A DNA stretch of 54,231 nucleotides from Octopus bimaculoides (Eukaryota): contig NC_068986.1 in the NCBI RefSeq assembly GCF_001194135.2, positions 98,997,995 through 99,052,225 on the forward strand, in the 5' to 3' direction. The notes below the pieces were generated by a model that saw nothing but the letters and a program-made list of their open reading frames with translations, searched no databases and was not told the origin of the DNA. Position numbers and translations under genes: made by a program. Shown one piece after another: positions 23,107-34,639 of this stretch (positions are counted from its first letter, which is position 1; each line of letters opens with the position of its first letter).

Positions 23107-23241
23107 TACTTAATTTATCGACCCTAAAAGGATGAAAGGCAAAGTCGACCTCGGCGGAATTTGAACTCAGAGCATGAAGACAGACGAAATACTGCCAAGC
23201 ATTTCGCCCGGCGTGCCAACGATTCTGCCAGCTAGCCGCCT
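23107..23241 (-). mobile_element. SINE family C
   Basis: Intact head (reverse complement of GATTCTGCCAGCTAGCCGCC). Confidence 0.85.
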
Positions 23242-24290
23242 TTTTTTGTCTTTACACCACCACGGAAATAATAATAATGGTTTCGTATCACACACACCTT
23301 CATCTCAATTTCTATCAATAGTAACAACATAAACATCTCTATCGTCGCTTGTATTTACATATATTATACTACTATTTCCATCAATATTCACTTATATCTA
23401 CCTCTATTTCTGTTAATATTTACATATATGTTGTTATCTATGTATATATCTGTTGCTACCAATATATACATATATCCATTTTTATCAAAATATTCATTAT
23501 CTCCATCAATATTTACACATATCTGCTTCTATTTCTCCCAACACAAACCAAAATAAGAAAACAAAACACGTTATGGCTGAGCAGAAGCACAGACCAAACC
23601 AATCGAAACAAGCACCCATTAATGTCCCAACTGAACTATTCATTACAGTTAAAAGTGCTTACTTTGTAATTTATCAGTTGTTAAGTCAAACAATGACTAT
23701 TTCATATCTTGGTAGTTCAGCATACGGTACAAACATCTTTACTGCTGCAATAACTTTCGTTATTAGGGACATCCGTCTGCTCCAACTGTTTATTGTTGGT
23801 GTCGACTGATCATTTCTGCAGCTAATGACTACTGTACACAGTCAGTCACTTATATACATAAATGGGAACGGAGTTGGAGGGTGGTAGTGACAGCTTTATT
23901 GCCAGTTAATTAACTTACCAACAGATTTTAGTTGCGACTAAGGCAACTTCACTGATACCACCATTTACGATCTTCAAAAAAAAAAATGCAAATTATAATT
24001 TACATTTTGCAGCCCAATAAGGGAGTTTAGCATCTATGTTGTTCAACTTGTTAATAAACAGTAGCCAGAATGTCTCTCAAATCACATCGCACCGCTTGTA
24101 AAGGTACGAAGGTAGAACGCAATGGATAATGAAAGTGTTGATATAGTATTCGTACAATGGAAAGAAGATCAAAATGATCGCAAATGACTGACCATAGATC
24201 CACTCAGTTGGGACCGATCAGAAAAAAGAAAAGATAAAAGGCACATAGAAATAAAATTTGCGAAAATAATTGGTAATTATTGTTTCTTAT

Positions 24291-24430
24291 TTAGGCGCAA
24301 GGCCAACAATTTTGGAAGTGGTGGTGGGGAGTCAGCCAGTTACATTGACTTCAGTACTTGACTGGTACTCATTTTATCGACTCCGAAAGGATGTAAGAGA
24401 AAGTTCTTCTCGGTGAGATTTGAACTCAGA
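24291..24430 (-). mobile_element. SINE family C, 3' part
   Basis: Tail and ATAAGTACC/ATCGAC motifs on the minus strand. Confidence 0.7.
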
Positions 24431-25429
24431 AAGAAATTCGGAAAGACTTCCGCTCGTCCCCGCACCCCCACCCCCCATTTTCTCCCAAATTTGTTTATTT
24501 TTGTAATTTTCTTTTGCCAAAAATCCCCGTTTTCGGATACGGAGGTTCCAGAAAATTGCCAAAAATCGGCATTGTGAAATCAACCCCCCCCCCACCAACT
24601 TCTTCAATTTTGACTTTTCTCTCCAACCCTAACCCAACCCCAACCCCAAAAGATCGCACGCTACAGCATGCACAAATACATATCTACACAACCTCCTATC
24701 CGCACCTCAACCTGTAACTCTCAAAATTCTACTACTGGGACGATCCTACCTTTTAAAGCAGGAATCTGCAGAGCAGCCCTTATACCATCCGATAGAAGAC
24801 AAGATACTACATGTGCATGACAGCTAATAATGTCTACAGGATACATGTGCATGACAGCTAGTAATTTGTCCATGGAATATGATTAGAGCACGTAATTGCG
24901 ATTATAAAAATAGAATGATTAACTAGCTAGATTTTCATTCGTAGATTATTTAAAAAAGGACGGACTACGTTGATGTCCATTTGTTATGTAAATATTACCA
25001 GTAGCTTTGTTGTTTAAATACTTTCGACCAAAATTGAAATTTACTAAATTCGTCTCCATCAAGTGCGTGTATATTATATAATACAACCAATAATTTGACC
25101 AGCAGGCTTTCAACCTGTCTAACATTGTATATTCACACACATGACACACTAAAGAAGAATGTGAAACTGGCAAGATAACCCTAAAGCTGTTTTCTATAAG
25201 GTTCGGGGAGGTGGCTGTGACAAGTGAAAAGAGAACAAATTGCCATGGCTTTAAACTTCTTCAACACCATAGAATAGTAAGAAGAATTGACATTAAAACT
25301 CATTTAAAAAAAGGAGATGGGGTAAACATTGCAGTAATATGGGTGGCTGCTAGTATTTGTCAGTTAGAGACCCGCTGACTTAAATTACTTGGAGCTAAAA
25401 GTCTTGTTTAAGATTCAATTCTTAAAAAG

Positions 25430-25675
25430 TTCCCTTAAATTGAAGGGAAGTCACTCTTCATATTTTTCCTGTGTGTAACCACTAGAGGCGCCACTTTACA
25501 AATATTTATCATTGCTCATGCACGCACATGTATACACGCAAATGAATTAGTGGGTTGGATAGAATATCCTAAATGTCTTAATTCAACGGTGTGGTGATGA
25601 ATATATCGATTTGGTTGTTTAGCTTTTTACAGTGTTGAATGAAGAGACAGAAGACATTGTTCCGATAAGGTAATT
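25430..25675 (+). promoter_or_regulatory. Module P1: conserved promoter boxes and non-coding exon 1 of gene 3
   Basis: AAGGGAAGTCACTCTTCAT 25443-25461; CCACTAGAGGCGCCAC 25479-25494; donor ATAAG|GTAATT with GT at 25670-25671. Paralogous to P2-P4. Confidence 0.72.
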
Positions 25676-25889
25676 ACTGTCATATTGTCAATATAAACAG
25701 TTTGGTTTGATTACAGTAGTTATTTTACTGTTAGTGATATTTTGCTTAAATCATGGACCGGCGATCTTTGGGGCGGAATCCTTCGTTATTGGTACATGAC
25801 GTCATTCACCCACACAACCCTCTCTCATGATATAAAGAGGCTAGGCTGAAAAAGAGAGTGGATGATGCCGTTTCCTCATATCGACAGAG

Positions 25890-26411
25890 TAGACTAATAT
25901 CGAAGGAGCGCCAGAAAATATGGAAAACGGCGATCTTTCGATACGAGTCCGAAATATCGGCCTTTTCCGTAAAAAGTTTCTTCGGACTCGTATCGAAAGA
26001 TCACCTGGAAAACATCTAGTTTTCAGAAAGTTATGAGGAAACAAATCGAAGGGTATAAATTATCCGAAACTCCTGTCCACCCGTTCGAAAAACCTTTTCC
26101 ACAACAAATTCTGGTATAACCCGAATCTATACCATCTAAAATGTATCACTGGAAAATATTGAAAAATATGCATTTTCCAGATAGTTATCAGAAAACATTA
26201 TGCCGAAGAGGGGATGGTTCACATTCTACCAGCACGAACACTTGGAGGGTGGATTTTAGCTATTATGAAAGTGTTCACGAATCTTATTCGTCTATATGAA
26301 AACAATATATTTATTTAAATATATGCATTTTTCATGCTACATAATAATATTCAATTTTCTGAAAGTTATGACCTTCCAAATTCTGGTGGGTACAACTCTG
26401 TAATTATGCCC
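25890..26411. mobile_element. TIR-family fragment with subrepeats, ending TGTAATTATGCCC
   Basis: Repeated TTTTCAGAAAGTTATGAGGAAAC motif; same terminus as 14039 and the mini-hairpin at 33369. Confidence 0.55.
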
Positions 26412-26909
26412 ATCCTACTTTCGATTGCTTTCATTTCCTTCTTGATTCATTGTTGAACTTCCTGTTTTCACTTTAATTTCTTTCAATTTTACTTTCATTT
26501 TTTGTTATTGCGATCTAAAATGATATTAAACTGGTGCTTTGATGGTGTAATTAAACGTTGTTGTTAATGTTATTAGCTTACCAACTAAATGTACTAGAGT
26601 GAAGTAAATCTCAACATGATATCACATCGAAGTAATATGGATGTGTATACCTATACAAGTGTGTGCACCCCACCCCGATTTTGTTTCTTCATGACTTTCA
26701 GGAAAATAAATTCGTTTAAATGAAATTTTGTACAACTACCTTTCAAACACTGTAGATTCTGATTGTATGGGAGTTTGTTATGGAGGGAAAAAAAAAGAAA
26801 AAAATACAAAACAAAAATAGGTGTGTGTGAAGCACATACATACTGACACACATCACAATTTTTTCAGAATTTCAAATTTCATTTTGTAGCTATAATTGTA
26901 AAGTTTCAA

Positions 26910-27285
26910 GTGGAGGCGCAATGGCCCAGTGGTTAGGGCAGCGGACTCGCGGTCATAGGATCGCGGTTTCGATTCCCAGACCGGGCGTTGTGAGTGTTTA
27001 TTGAGCAAAAACACCTAAAGCTCCACGAGGCTCCGGCAGGGGATGGTGGCGAACCCTGCTGTACTCCTCCACCACAACTTTCTCTCACTCTTACTTCCTG
27101 TTTCTGATGTGCCTGTAATTCAAAGGGTCAGCCTTGTCACTGTGTCACGCTGAATATCCCTGAGAACTGTGTTAAGGGTACACGTGTCTGTGGAGTGCTC
27201 AGCCAGTTGCACGTTAATTTCACGAGCAGGCTGTTCCATTGATCGGATCAACTGGAATCCTCAGCGACGGAGTGCCAACAAACAA
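26910..27285 (+). mobile_element. SINE family A in predicted intron 1 of gene 3
   Basis: Full GTGGAGGCGCAATGG head and CCAACAAAC tail. Confidence 0.92.
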
Positions 27286-27339
27286 TGCAAAGTGTCAGTA
27301 TGTATGTGTGCACGCCCACCATTTTTTTTTTTTTTTTTA

Positions 27340-27901
27340 CCACATTAAATTCCGGTAATCTTCAAGTTTAGGCGGATAAAAAAATTTTTTTAAATATTCA
27401 AGGGAAATAACTGAACGACTTACCAGTATTNNNNNNNNNNNNNNNNNNNNNNNNNNNNNNNNNNNNNNNNNNNNNNNNNNNNNNNNNNNNNNNNNNNNNN
27501 NNNNNNNNNNNNNNNNNNNNNNNNNNNNNNNNNNNNNNNNNNNNNNNNNNNNNNNNNNNNNNNNNNNNNNNNNNNNNNNNNNNNNNNNNNNNNNNNNNNN
27601 NNNNNNNNNNNNNNNNNNNNNNNNNNNNNNNNNNNNNNNNNNNNNNNNNNNNNNNNNNNNNNNNNNNNNNNNNNNNNNNNNNNNNNNNNNNNNNNNNNNN
27701 NNNNNNNNNNNNNNNNNNNNNNNNNNNNNNNNNNNNNNNNNNNNNNNNNNNNNNNNNNNNNNNNNNNNNNNNNNNNNNNNNNNNNNNNNNNNNNNNNNNN
27801 NNNNNNNNNNNNNNNNNNNNNNNNNNNNNNNNNNNNNNNNNNNNNNNNNNNNNNNNNNNNNNNNNNNNNNNNNNNNNNNNNNNNNNNNNNNNNNNNNNNN
27901 N

Positions 27902-27947
<46 letters not shown>

Positions 27948-28290
27948 TTGAATAAAGTTTGCATGCCATTTTGACACATCACATATATCTACGAAATGAA
28001 ACTTGAAATTTCGAAAAATTGTGATATGTGTCTGTATATGCCCAACAGTTTATTTTTTGCTCATTATATTCAAATATAGTCCTAATCTACACCATCTGAA
28101 AAGCTTTGTAGAAATTTCATTAAAAAATACTCATTTTTCTGAAAGTTATGAGGAAACAAAGACAACTCGTGTGAATTTTCTGAAACTCTTCTCCCCCAAC
28201 GTCAGAAAAAAAAATTCACAACAAATTCTGACATAATCGGAATCTACACAAACTGAAGTATATTTGTTGAAAATTTCATTCAAAAATATT
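27340..28290. repeat. Foldback-type subrepeat family flanking the gap at 27431-27901, plus (TA)n
   Basis: GTAATCTTCAAGTTTAGG...CAAGGGAAATAACT also occurs at 5805-5865; TTTTCTGAAAGTTATGAGGAAAC at about 28135. Confidence 0.55.
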
Positions 28291-28344
28291 GTTTACAAGC
28301 ATCACATGGTGTCTCGACAAGAGTACACACATATGCTCACACGC

Positions 28345-28500
28345 ACACACACAATGAGCTTCTATCTACTAAATCCACTCACATAACTTTGGTCAACCTG
28401 GAGATGTTGCAGAAGACACTTGTCCAAGGTGCCACATAGTGGGTCTTAACCCAAACTATGCGGTTGGAAAGCAAACTCCTTAGTTACATAGCCATGCCTA
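28345..28500 (-). mobile_element. SINE family B, 5' half, diverged
   Basis: GACACTTGTCCAAGGTGCCAC core and head on the minus strand. Confidence 0.7.
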
Positions 28501-28978
28501 TATATATGTGTGTCTGTGTGTGTATACATAAATATATAGTCTAACCCATGCCAACAAGGAGGTTAAATGGTGGTATATATGTACACACACGTGTGTGTGT
28601 TCTACATAGAAGTGTATTTCAGTACATTTAGATAAAAAAACCTCCTTGCCTTAAATTAATATATTTTGCAGATGTTATCTGCAGTGTATATATTTATACT
28701 TATATTTATTCCATTTCCAATTTGTCTATGTTGTTAGTTCAGCTTCTAAGCCCTATGAAATAATGTGTCATTATCATATTATAAATTTCCCTTGTAGCAT
28801 GACTTAGACTGGAGTGTATTACATCATATTATTGTGTTGTTTGATCACACAATATCTCAGCTGTGTAGCCCTACTTCCTGTGATGTGTTTATATTGGTCT
28901 TCTTCCAGAAGAACAGACCAACATCACTTGTACAAGTAAATTATCACTGTTAGAGCTTTTTGTTGAGCAAAAACTAAT

Positions 28979-28999
28979 ATTTGTTTTCTTCCATTTCAG
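28979..28999 (+). promoter_or_regulatory. Predicted splice acceptor of the gene 3 coding exon
   Basis: ATTTGTTTTCTTCCATTTCAG|GTTAT with upstream CTAAT; paralogous to 43048-43068. Confidence 0.78.
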
Positions 29000-29321
29000 G
29001 TTATACTTTAATGTTGGACAGTTTTGCACTAGAGGACTTTGTAATTTTCCCAATGTTGGTGAAAATTATCAGAATGTGATATTTATCAGTATAAATGACA
29101 ACAATATAACAATGTTGTTTACTAATCAAATTATTAAAATAAGAGTAACCACAATTACACTTTGAAAGAACACAACATATTACAATTAAGCTACCCACAA
29201 AATATTATAATTAAGTCATCCAAAACTGTCTTTTATTTGTCTTTTGCTTTCTGTTGAAAATATGTTCATATTTCAACAATAATACACTGTAATTTTCTGA
29301 AAGTGTGTCAGATTTCACAAA

Positions 29322-30788
29322 ATGGTTCAAACACCAGAAAAACTATACAAGTGTGAAGTTTATGTGAAAACAGTTTCTCAAAAGAATCTTCTGCCTGCAG
29401 ATGAATGTGTTAAGATCAAGGGAACGTATTACTATTGTGAGTTTTGTAGGAAAGTTCTTTCTACTGATGAAGAATTAAATGTTCATAAACTCATTCATTC
29501 AGGAGAAAGACCTTACCCATGTGAAGATTGTGGGCAAGCATTTGCTCAGAGTAGTGAGTTATCATCTCATAAGCAGGATGTTCATGTGAAAAACAAACGC
29601 AAACACTGTGAAATATGTGGAAAATCATTTTCCAAAAATAGTCATCTCTCGAGTCATATACGTACTGTTCATCTGGGAGAAAAGCCCTACCACTGTAAAA
29701 TTTGTGGGAAATCCTTTACAACAGCATTTGGCTTGTCAAGCCATCAAATTCTCCATACAGGAGATAAACCTTATATTTGTGAAATTTGTGGTTCTGCATT
29801 TTCATTTTACAGTAACTTGGCAGGACATAAACGTATTCATACTGGTGAGAAACGACATCGCTGTGAAATTTGTGGGAAAAAATTTTCTAGGAACTGTGAC
29901 CTTTCAGTGCATAAATGTATTCATACAGATGAAAAACCATTTTGCTGTAATATCTGTGGGAAAGTATTTTCTAGAAATAGTTCATTAAAAGTTCACAAAT
30001 ACACTCATACTGGTGAAAAACCATATAAATGTGATATTTGTGGAAAAGCATTTCCTAGAAATCAAGACCTTTCAGTTCATAAATATGCACATACTGGTAA
30101 AAAACCACATCATTGTAATATTTGTGGGGAGGCATTTTCTAGAAAGAGTTCATTAAAAGTTCATACATATACTCACACAGGTGAAAAACCATACAAATGT
30201 GATATTTGTGAAAAAGCATTTCCAAGAAACCATGATCTTTCAGTTCATAGATATAGCCATACTAATGAAAAACCATACCATTGTAGTATTTGTAGAAAAG
30301 GATTTTCTAGAAGTGATTCTTTAAAACGACATAGATACACTCATACTGGTGAAAAACCATATAAATGTGATATTTGTGGGAAAGCGTTTTCTAGAAATTG
30401 TGATCTTTCAGTTCATAAATATATGCATACTGGTGAAAATCCATATCATTGTAGCATTTGTGGAGAAGTATTTTCTAGTAATAGTTCGTTAAAAGTTCAT
30501 AAATATACTCATTCTGAAGAGAAACCATACAAATGTGAGATTTGTGGAAAAGCATTTCCCAGAAATTATGACCTTTCAGTTCATAAATATAGCCATACCG
30601 GTGAAAAGCCATACAATTGTGATATTTGTGGGAAATCATTTTCAAGAAATGATTCTTTAAAACGTCATAAATTTTCACATACTGGAGAAAAACCATACAA
30701 ATGTGACACTTGTGACAGAGCATTTTCTAGAAACTGTGACCTTTCAGTTCATAAATACAGTCATATTGGTGGAAACCTACAAACATGA
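29322..30788 (+). CDS. C2H2 zinc-finger protein, 16 fingers, 488 aa (ZNF gene 3)
   Basis: ATG-initiated ORF; fingers 6-16 alternate RNxDLSVH and xxxSLK(V/R)H. Confidence 0.95.
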   Translation: MVQTPEKLYKCEVYVKTVSQKNLLPADECVKIKGTYYYCEFCRKVLSTDEELNVHKLIHSGERPYPCEDCGQAFAQSSELSSHKQDVHVKNKRKHCEICGKSFSKNSHLSSHIRTVHLGEKPYHCKICGKSFTTAFGLSSHQILHTGDKPYICEICGSAFSFYSNLAGHKRIHTGEKRHRCEICGKKFSRNCDLSVHKCIHTDEKPFCCNICGKVFSRNSSLKVHKYTHTGEKPYKCDICGKAFPRNQDLSVHKYAHTGKKPHHCNICGEAFSRKSSLKVHTYTHTGEKPYKCDICEKAFPRNHDLSVHRYSHTNEKPYHCSICRKGFSRSDSLKRHRYTHTGEKPYKCDICGKAFSRNCDLSVHKYMHTGENPYHCSICGEVFSSNSSLKVHKYTHSEEKPYKCEICGKAFPRNYDLSVHKYSHTGEKPYNCDICGKSFSRNDSLKRHKFSHTGEKPYKCDTCDRAFSRNCDLSVHKYSHIGGNLQT

Positions 30789-30873
30789 CACTTGTGGAAT
30801 AACATATTTAATATTTCATTAACAAGGCATTGGATTCACACTGAAAAAACAATTGAATCTCTGAGTCATTTGT
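30778..30873 (+). pseudogene. Frameshifted, decayed 17th finger of gene 3
   Basis: Alternative frame [23 protein letters not shown]...*, homologous to the last finger of gene 4 ([23 protein letters not shown]). Confidence 0.75.
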
Positions 30874-30894
30874 AGAGGAATTTTTACTTAATGG

Positions 30895-31083
30895 AAACGT
30901 TAGCATGCCAGTATTTCGTCTGCCGTTACGTTCTGAGTTCAAATTCCGCCAAGGTCAACTTTGCCTTTCATCCTTTCGGGCTCAATAAATTAAGTACCAG
31001 TTACGCACTGGGGTCGATGTAATCGACTTAATTCGTTTGTCTGTCCTCTCTATGTTTAGCCCGTTGTGGGTAATAAAGAAATA
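30895..31083 (+). mobile_element. SINE family C in the putative 3' UTR of gene 3
   Basis: GTTCTGAGTTCAAATTCCGCC...AAGTACCAG; carries two AATAAA hexamers. Confidence 0.8.
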
Positions 31084-32337
31084 GGAAACTTATTCCAGTA
31101 TAATTGAGGTGGAATATTTATATATTAAACTTTTATTTTTATTGAAATAAACTTTCTTATGTACTTACTATGTAAAATATAGTTTTTTTTTTATTTTATT
31201 TTACCCTCTGCTGAACTCAACAAATTTTCATCTTATCAGATCAATATATCTGAGAAACCACTTCTATAATACACCTCACATATTTGAACTTACTGTCTCA
31301 TTGTTATTAGTATTTTTACTTTAAAAATATTCTAATTGTATATCAGACATGTTTCTTTTACTCTATTTCAATTAAAAGATAATTTTACTTGAGTAAAAGC
31401 TGTCTTACTGCCCTTGTCTTTGATCATGTCTACATTGACAAAGTAGTCTTGTAACATGTTACCTGTTAAAATGATCTGTTGCAGGCCTCTCCTTGCTCCA
31501 TATCCAATAAACTCTATTGTGTGATTCAGCTTAATTCTCAGCACCCACCCCTTTTGTATATTTATAACCTCACTGACACTTCGAACTATACACTTTTCTT
31601 TATCCCACTTGTACACCTTAATAATCTTTAGTGCACAAGTGTCATTTACATATAATGTAAACACTTCACATGAAACATACTCTACTTCCATGAACATAAA
31701 TCCTGAAAACAACTTCAAATGAGTGCATCACAAGGCAGTTCTTATTTGACTGAATAGAACAGAAATACAATCACAACACAGTATTGTGTCTAATCACTTG
31801 TAGTGAGCTGCAGATATAGCTGTGTCATTCCCAACTGGTTTTGACTTCAGTCCCATTGCACGTCACTCAAGAAGTTTGCTTGACAACTATGAGATGTCAG
31901 TTTCAGTCTCACTGCATTGCACTCTGCGTTAGTGTCTCCTATCATAATCTTGGATTGACTGAAACGTTGTCAATGAAATTTGAGGGAGAAACTGTGAAAG
32001 TCCAGTAAAATGACTATAACTACCCTTGGATGATCATGAATTTATTGCTGTTTAGCATTATCACCTAGCTTTTCTGCACCTGCAGCAGAGTACACTCTTT
32101 TGCAAGCATTTGGGCCTAGAGTCCGTTGGTCAGATTAACTGGAACCCTCGATGTCGTAAGTGACGGAGTGCCAACAACAACAATATATATATATATAAAC
32201 AAATAGTAAATGAGTATATGCATATATACGTACAGGTGTTTGTGTCAGCTGTGAGTGCTTTAAGCGTCTTCTGTGTGTGTGTGTGATTTTTTTATGTTGT
32301 TGATAATGATGTCTAAGTTACACTTTATGTTGCAAAT

Positions 32338-32713
32338 ACACCATTTCGAGCGTGGCCGTTGATCGTTACCAACATCGCCTCCCTGGCACTTGTGCCAGTG
32401 GCACGTGAAAAGACATTCGAGCGAGATCGTTGCCAGTGCCGATGGACTGGCTCCTGTTCAGGTGGCACGTAAAATATACCATTTCGAGCGTAACCGTCGC
32501 CAGTACCGCCTGACTGGCCCTCGTGCCAGTGGTATGTAAAAGCACCCACTACACTCTCTGAGTGGTTGGCGTTAGGAAAGGCATCCAGCTGTAGAAACTC
32601 TGCAAAATCAGATTGGAGCCTGGTGTCGCCTCCTGGTCCACCAGTCCTCAGTCAAATCGTCCAACCCATGCTAGCATGGAAAGCGGACGTTAAACAGTGA
32701 TGATGATGATGAT
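32338..32713 (+). mobile_element. RTE LINE 3' UTR fragment
   Basis: GC-rich subrepeats, GAGTGGTTGGCGTTAGGAAAGGCATCCAGC, (GAT)n tail. Confidence 0.88.
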
Positions 32714-32900
32714 TAAAGAAGGGAGATGGTGGGTTTGGTAAATGCTGCAAATAGTTGATCAGCATGTTTTCAATGTAACTGTATTTTTCAGACATTCTTG
32801 TATATAGTATATGTTTACATGAATAAAAGATATTGTGAAGAAGGCAGAGAAACTTGGCCATAAATTCAACAATTTTAATTTTAAAAAAAGTCCAAGCACA

Positions 32901-33150
32901 AAGGGAAGTCACTCTTCATTTATATTTTCTCAGATGTAACTACTAGGGGCGCCACCTTATCCATGATAAATATACTTCAACAGAAATGCATACACACACA
33001 TGTCGATATAATTCACATTTCATTGGGAGGCTGAATTAAACATGCTAAATGTATAACGTATAGCTGGTGAAATGATGTATGTTTTCTCAACTCGAAAGTT
33101 TCGCTGTACAGCTGAAAGGAGAAGATAAGACGGTGTTCTGGTAAGGTAAT
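32901..33150 (+). promoter_or_regulatory. Module P2: promoter boxes and non-coding exon 1 of gene 4
   Basis: AAGGGAAGTCACTCTTCAT 32901-32919; CTACTAGGGGCGCCAC 32940-32955; TCTGGTAAG|GTAATT with GT at 33146-33147. Confidence 0.72.
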
Positions 33151-33368
33151 TTCTGAGTAATGATGTAAATAGTCGGTGGTTGTTAGGTTACGGTTATATC
33201 TCGCTGTTAGCGATTTATTAATGGTTTACTTTGGCAACAGAATATTGTCAATATCTGAAATGTCAGCAGACGAGACTGTTAAAATTACAATAATTTTTTT
33301 TAATGACTTCCAGTTAGCAAGTTTTGTCTTCCTTCATATATATAATTATAATTCCTAATATATATATA

Positions 33369-33431
33369 GGCATAACTACAGAGTTGTACCCCCCCCCCGA
33401 AAGTCGGGGGGTACAGCTCTGTAGTTATTCC
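33369..33431. mobile_element. 63-bp terminal-only hairpin element in a (TA)n tract
   Basis: GGCATAACTACAGAGTTGTACCCCCC..G aaagt CGGGGGGTACAGCTCTGTAGTTATTCC. Confidence 0.7.
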
Positions 33432-33447
33432 ATATATATATATATAA

Positions 33448-33809
33448 TCTTTGACTTGTTTCAGTCATTTGACTGCAGTCATAGAGCACCGCCTTTAGTC
33501 GAGAAAATCGACCCCACGACTTATTCTTTGTAAGCCTAGTACTTATTCTATCGGTCTCTTTTGCCAAACTGCTAAGTTNNNNNNNNNNTTTGTAAGCCTA
33601 GTACTTATTCTATCGGTCTCTTTTGCCAAACTGCTAAGTTACGGGGATGTAAACACACCAGCATCGGTTCTCAAGTGATGTTGGGGGAAAACACAGACAC
33701 ATATATATGTACATATATACGATGGGCTTCTTTCAGTTTCCGTCTACCAAATCCACTCACAAGGCTTTGGTCGGCCCGAGGCTATAGTAGAAGACACTTG
33801 CCCAAGGTG
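33448..33809 (-). mobile_element. SINE family B lacking its tRNA head (spans a 10-N gap)
   Basis: Tail to CTTGGGCAAGTG core on the minus strand; 52 nt duplicated on either side of the gap. Confidence 0.82.
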
Positions 33810-34639
33810 TGTATTGGGAAAATATGAAATGGAATTTGAACTTATTCCTTTTTTCTTATGTGGATTATTTTAAACTTTTCTTTTTATTATAATTTTCGTT
33901 CTGATTATGTTTTGAACCTAAAATTGATTTCTTTTTAATTAAAGAGAAAAAATTGCAATTAAAAAGAAAGAATTTTTAGTCTGAAATTGATTCAGGTTAT
34001 TATGTATGTATGCAGGCTTGCATTAATGAATGAATGAAGTACGTGTAACTATGACTCATTTTGGTGTGATCTATTCAAACTGTTACCAGAATATTTCATG
34101 TTGATTGATGAAAGTGAAAGTGATATTCTACATTCAAGAGTTGCCAAAAATGCTGTAGTCCTAAATCTCTAAACCCCAATTAGATTCTAATTTAAAAAGG
34201 AAAATTTTTATCTTTTTTTTTTTCAGATTCTGAATTTCTGATGTTCAAAACATAACTTGAAGGCTGTTAAAATGTAAAAGCATAGAAAGAGAGGGGTTAA
34301 AAAAAAATCATGCAGGATTGCTTTACCAGAGCATCATTTAATCAACCAGCAGTAAGATGAAAAGCAATGCACTGATGACTCTACCAATCCAAAGCCAGTC
34401 AAGTTATACATAATTCATTGATGACCAAATAGAATGCTTGACTGCTGGCACAGTTTCAGTTCCCACCTCATAATTTTACTTTTTACACTTTATTTTACAT
34501 TCACCTTCAGTAGATACACAGAAGTTTCAATATTTCTTTGAAAATAATTGTAAGATAAACAAATACCAGATAAATTTTACATTGTGAAGGGAAAAGAGTT
34601 TTTCAAAAGAATATTTTGTTTACATAGAAATGTATTGTG

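Noticed and set aside
24440-24760. C-rich segment with CCCTAACCCAACCCC, possibly another telomeric-hexamer MITE
   Set aside because: No inverted arms or TSD could be identified.
31368-31718. 116-aa ORF antisense to the gene 3 3' flank
   Set aside because: Starts at a non-ATG codon, has no recognisable motif, and the paralogous flank of gene 4 does not preserve a comparable frame.
33527-33640. 52-nt direct repeat around a 10-N gap (a similar duplication flanks 53891-53900)
   Set aside because: Typical scaffolding overlap artefact, not a biological duplication.
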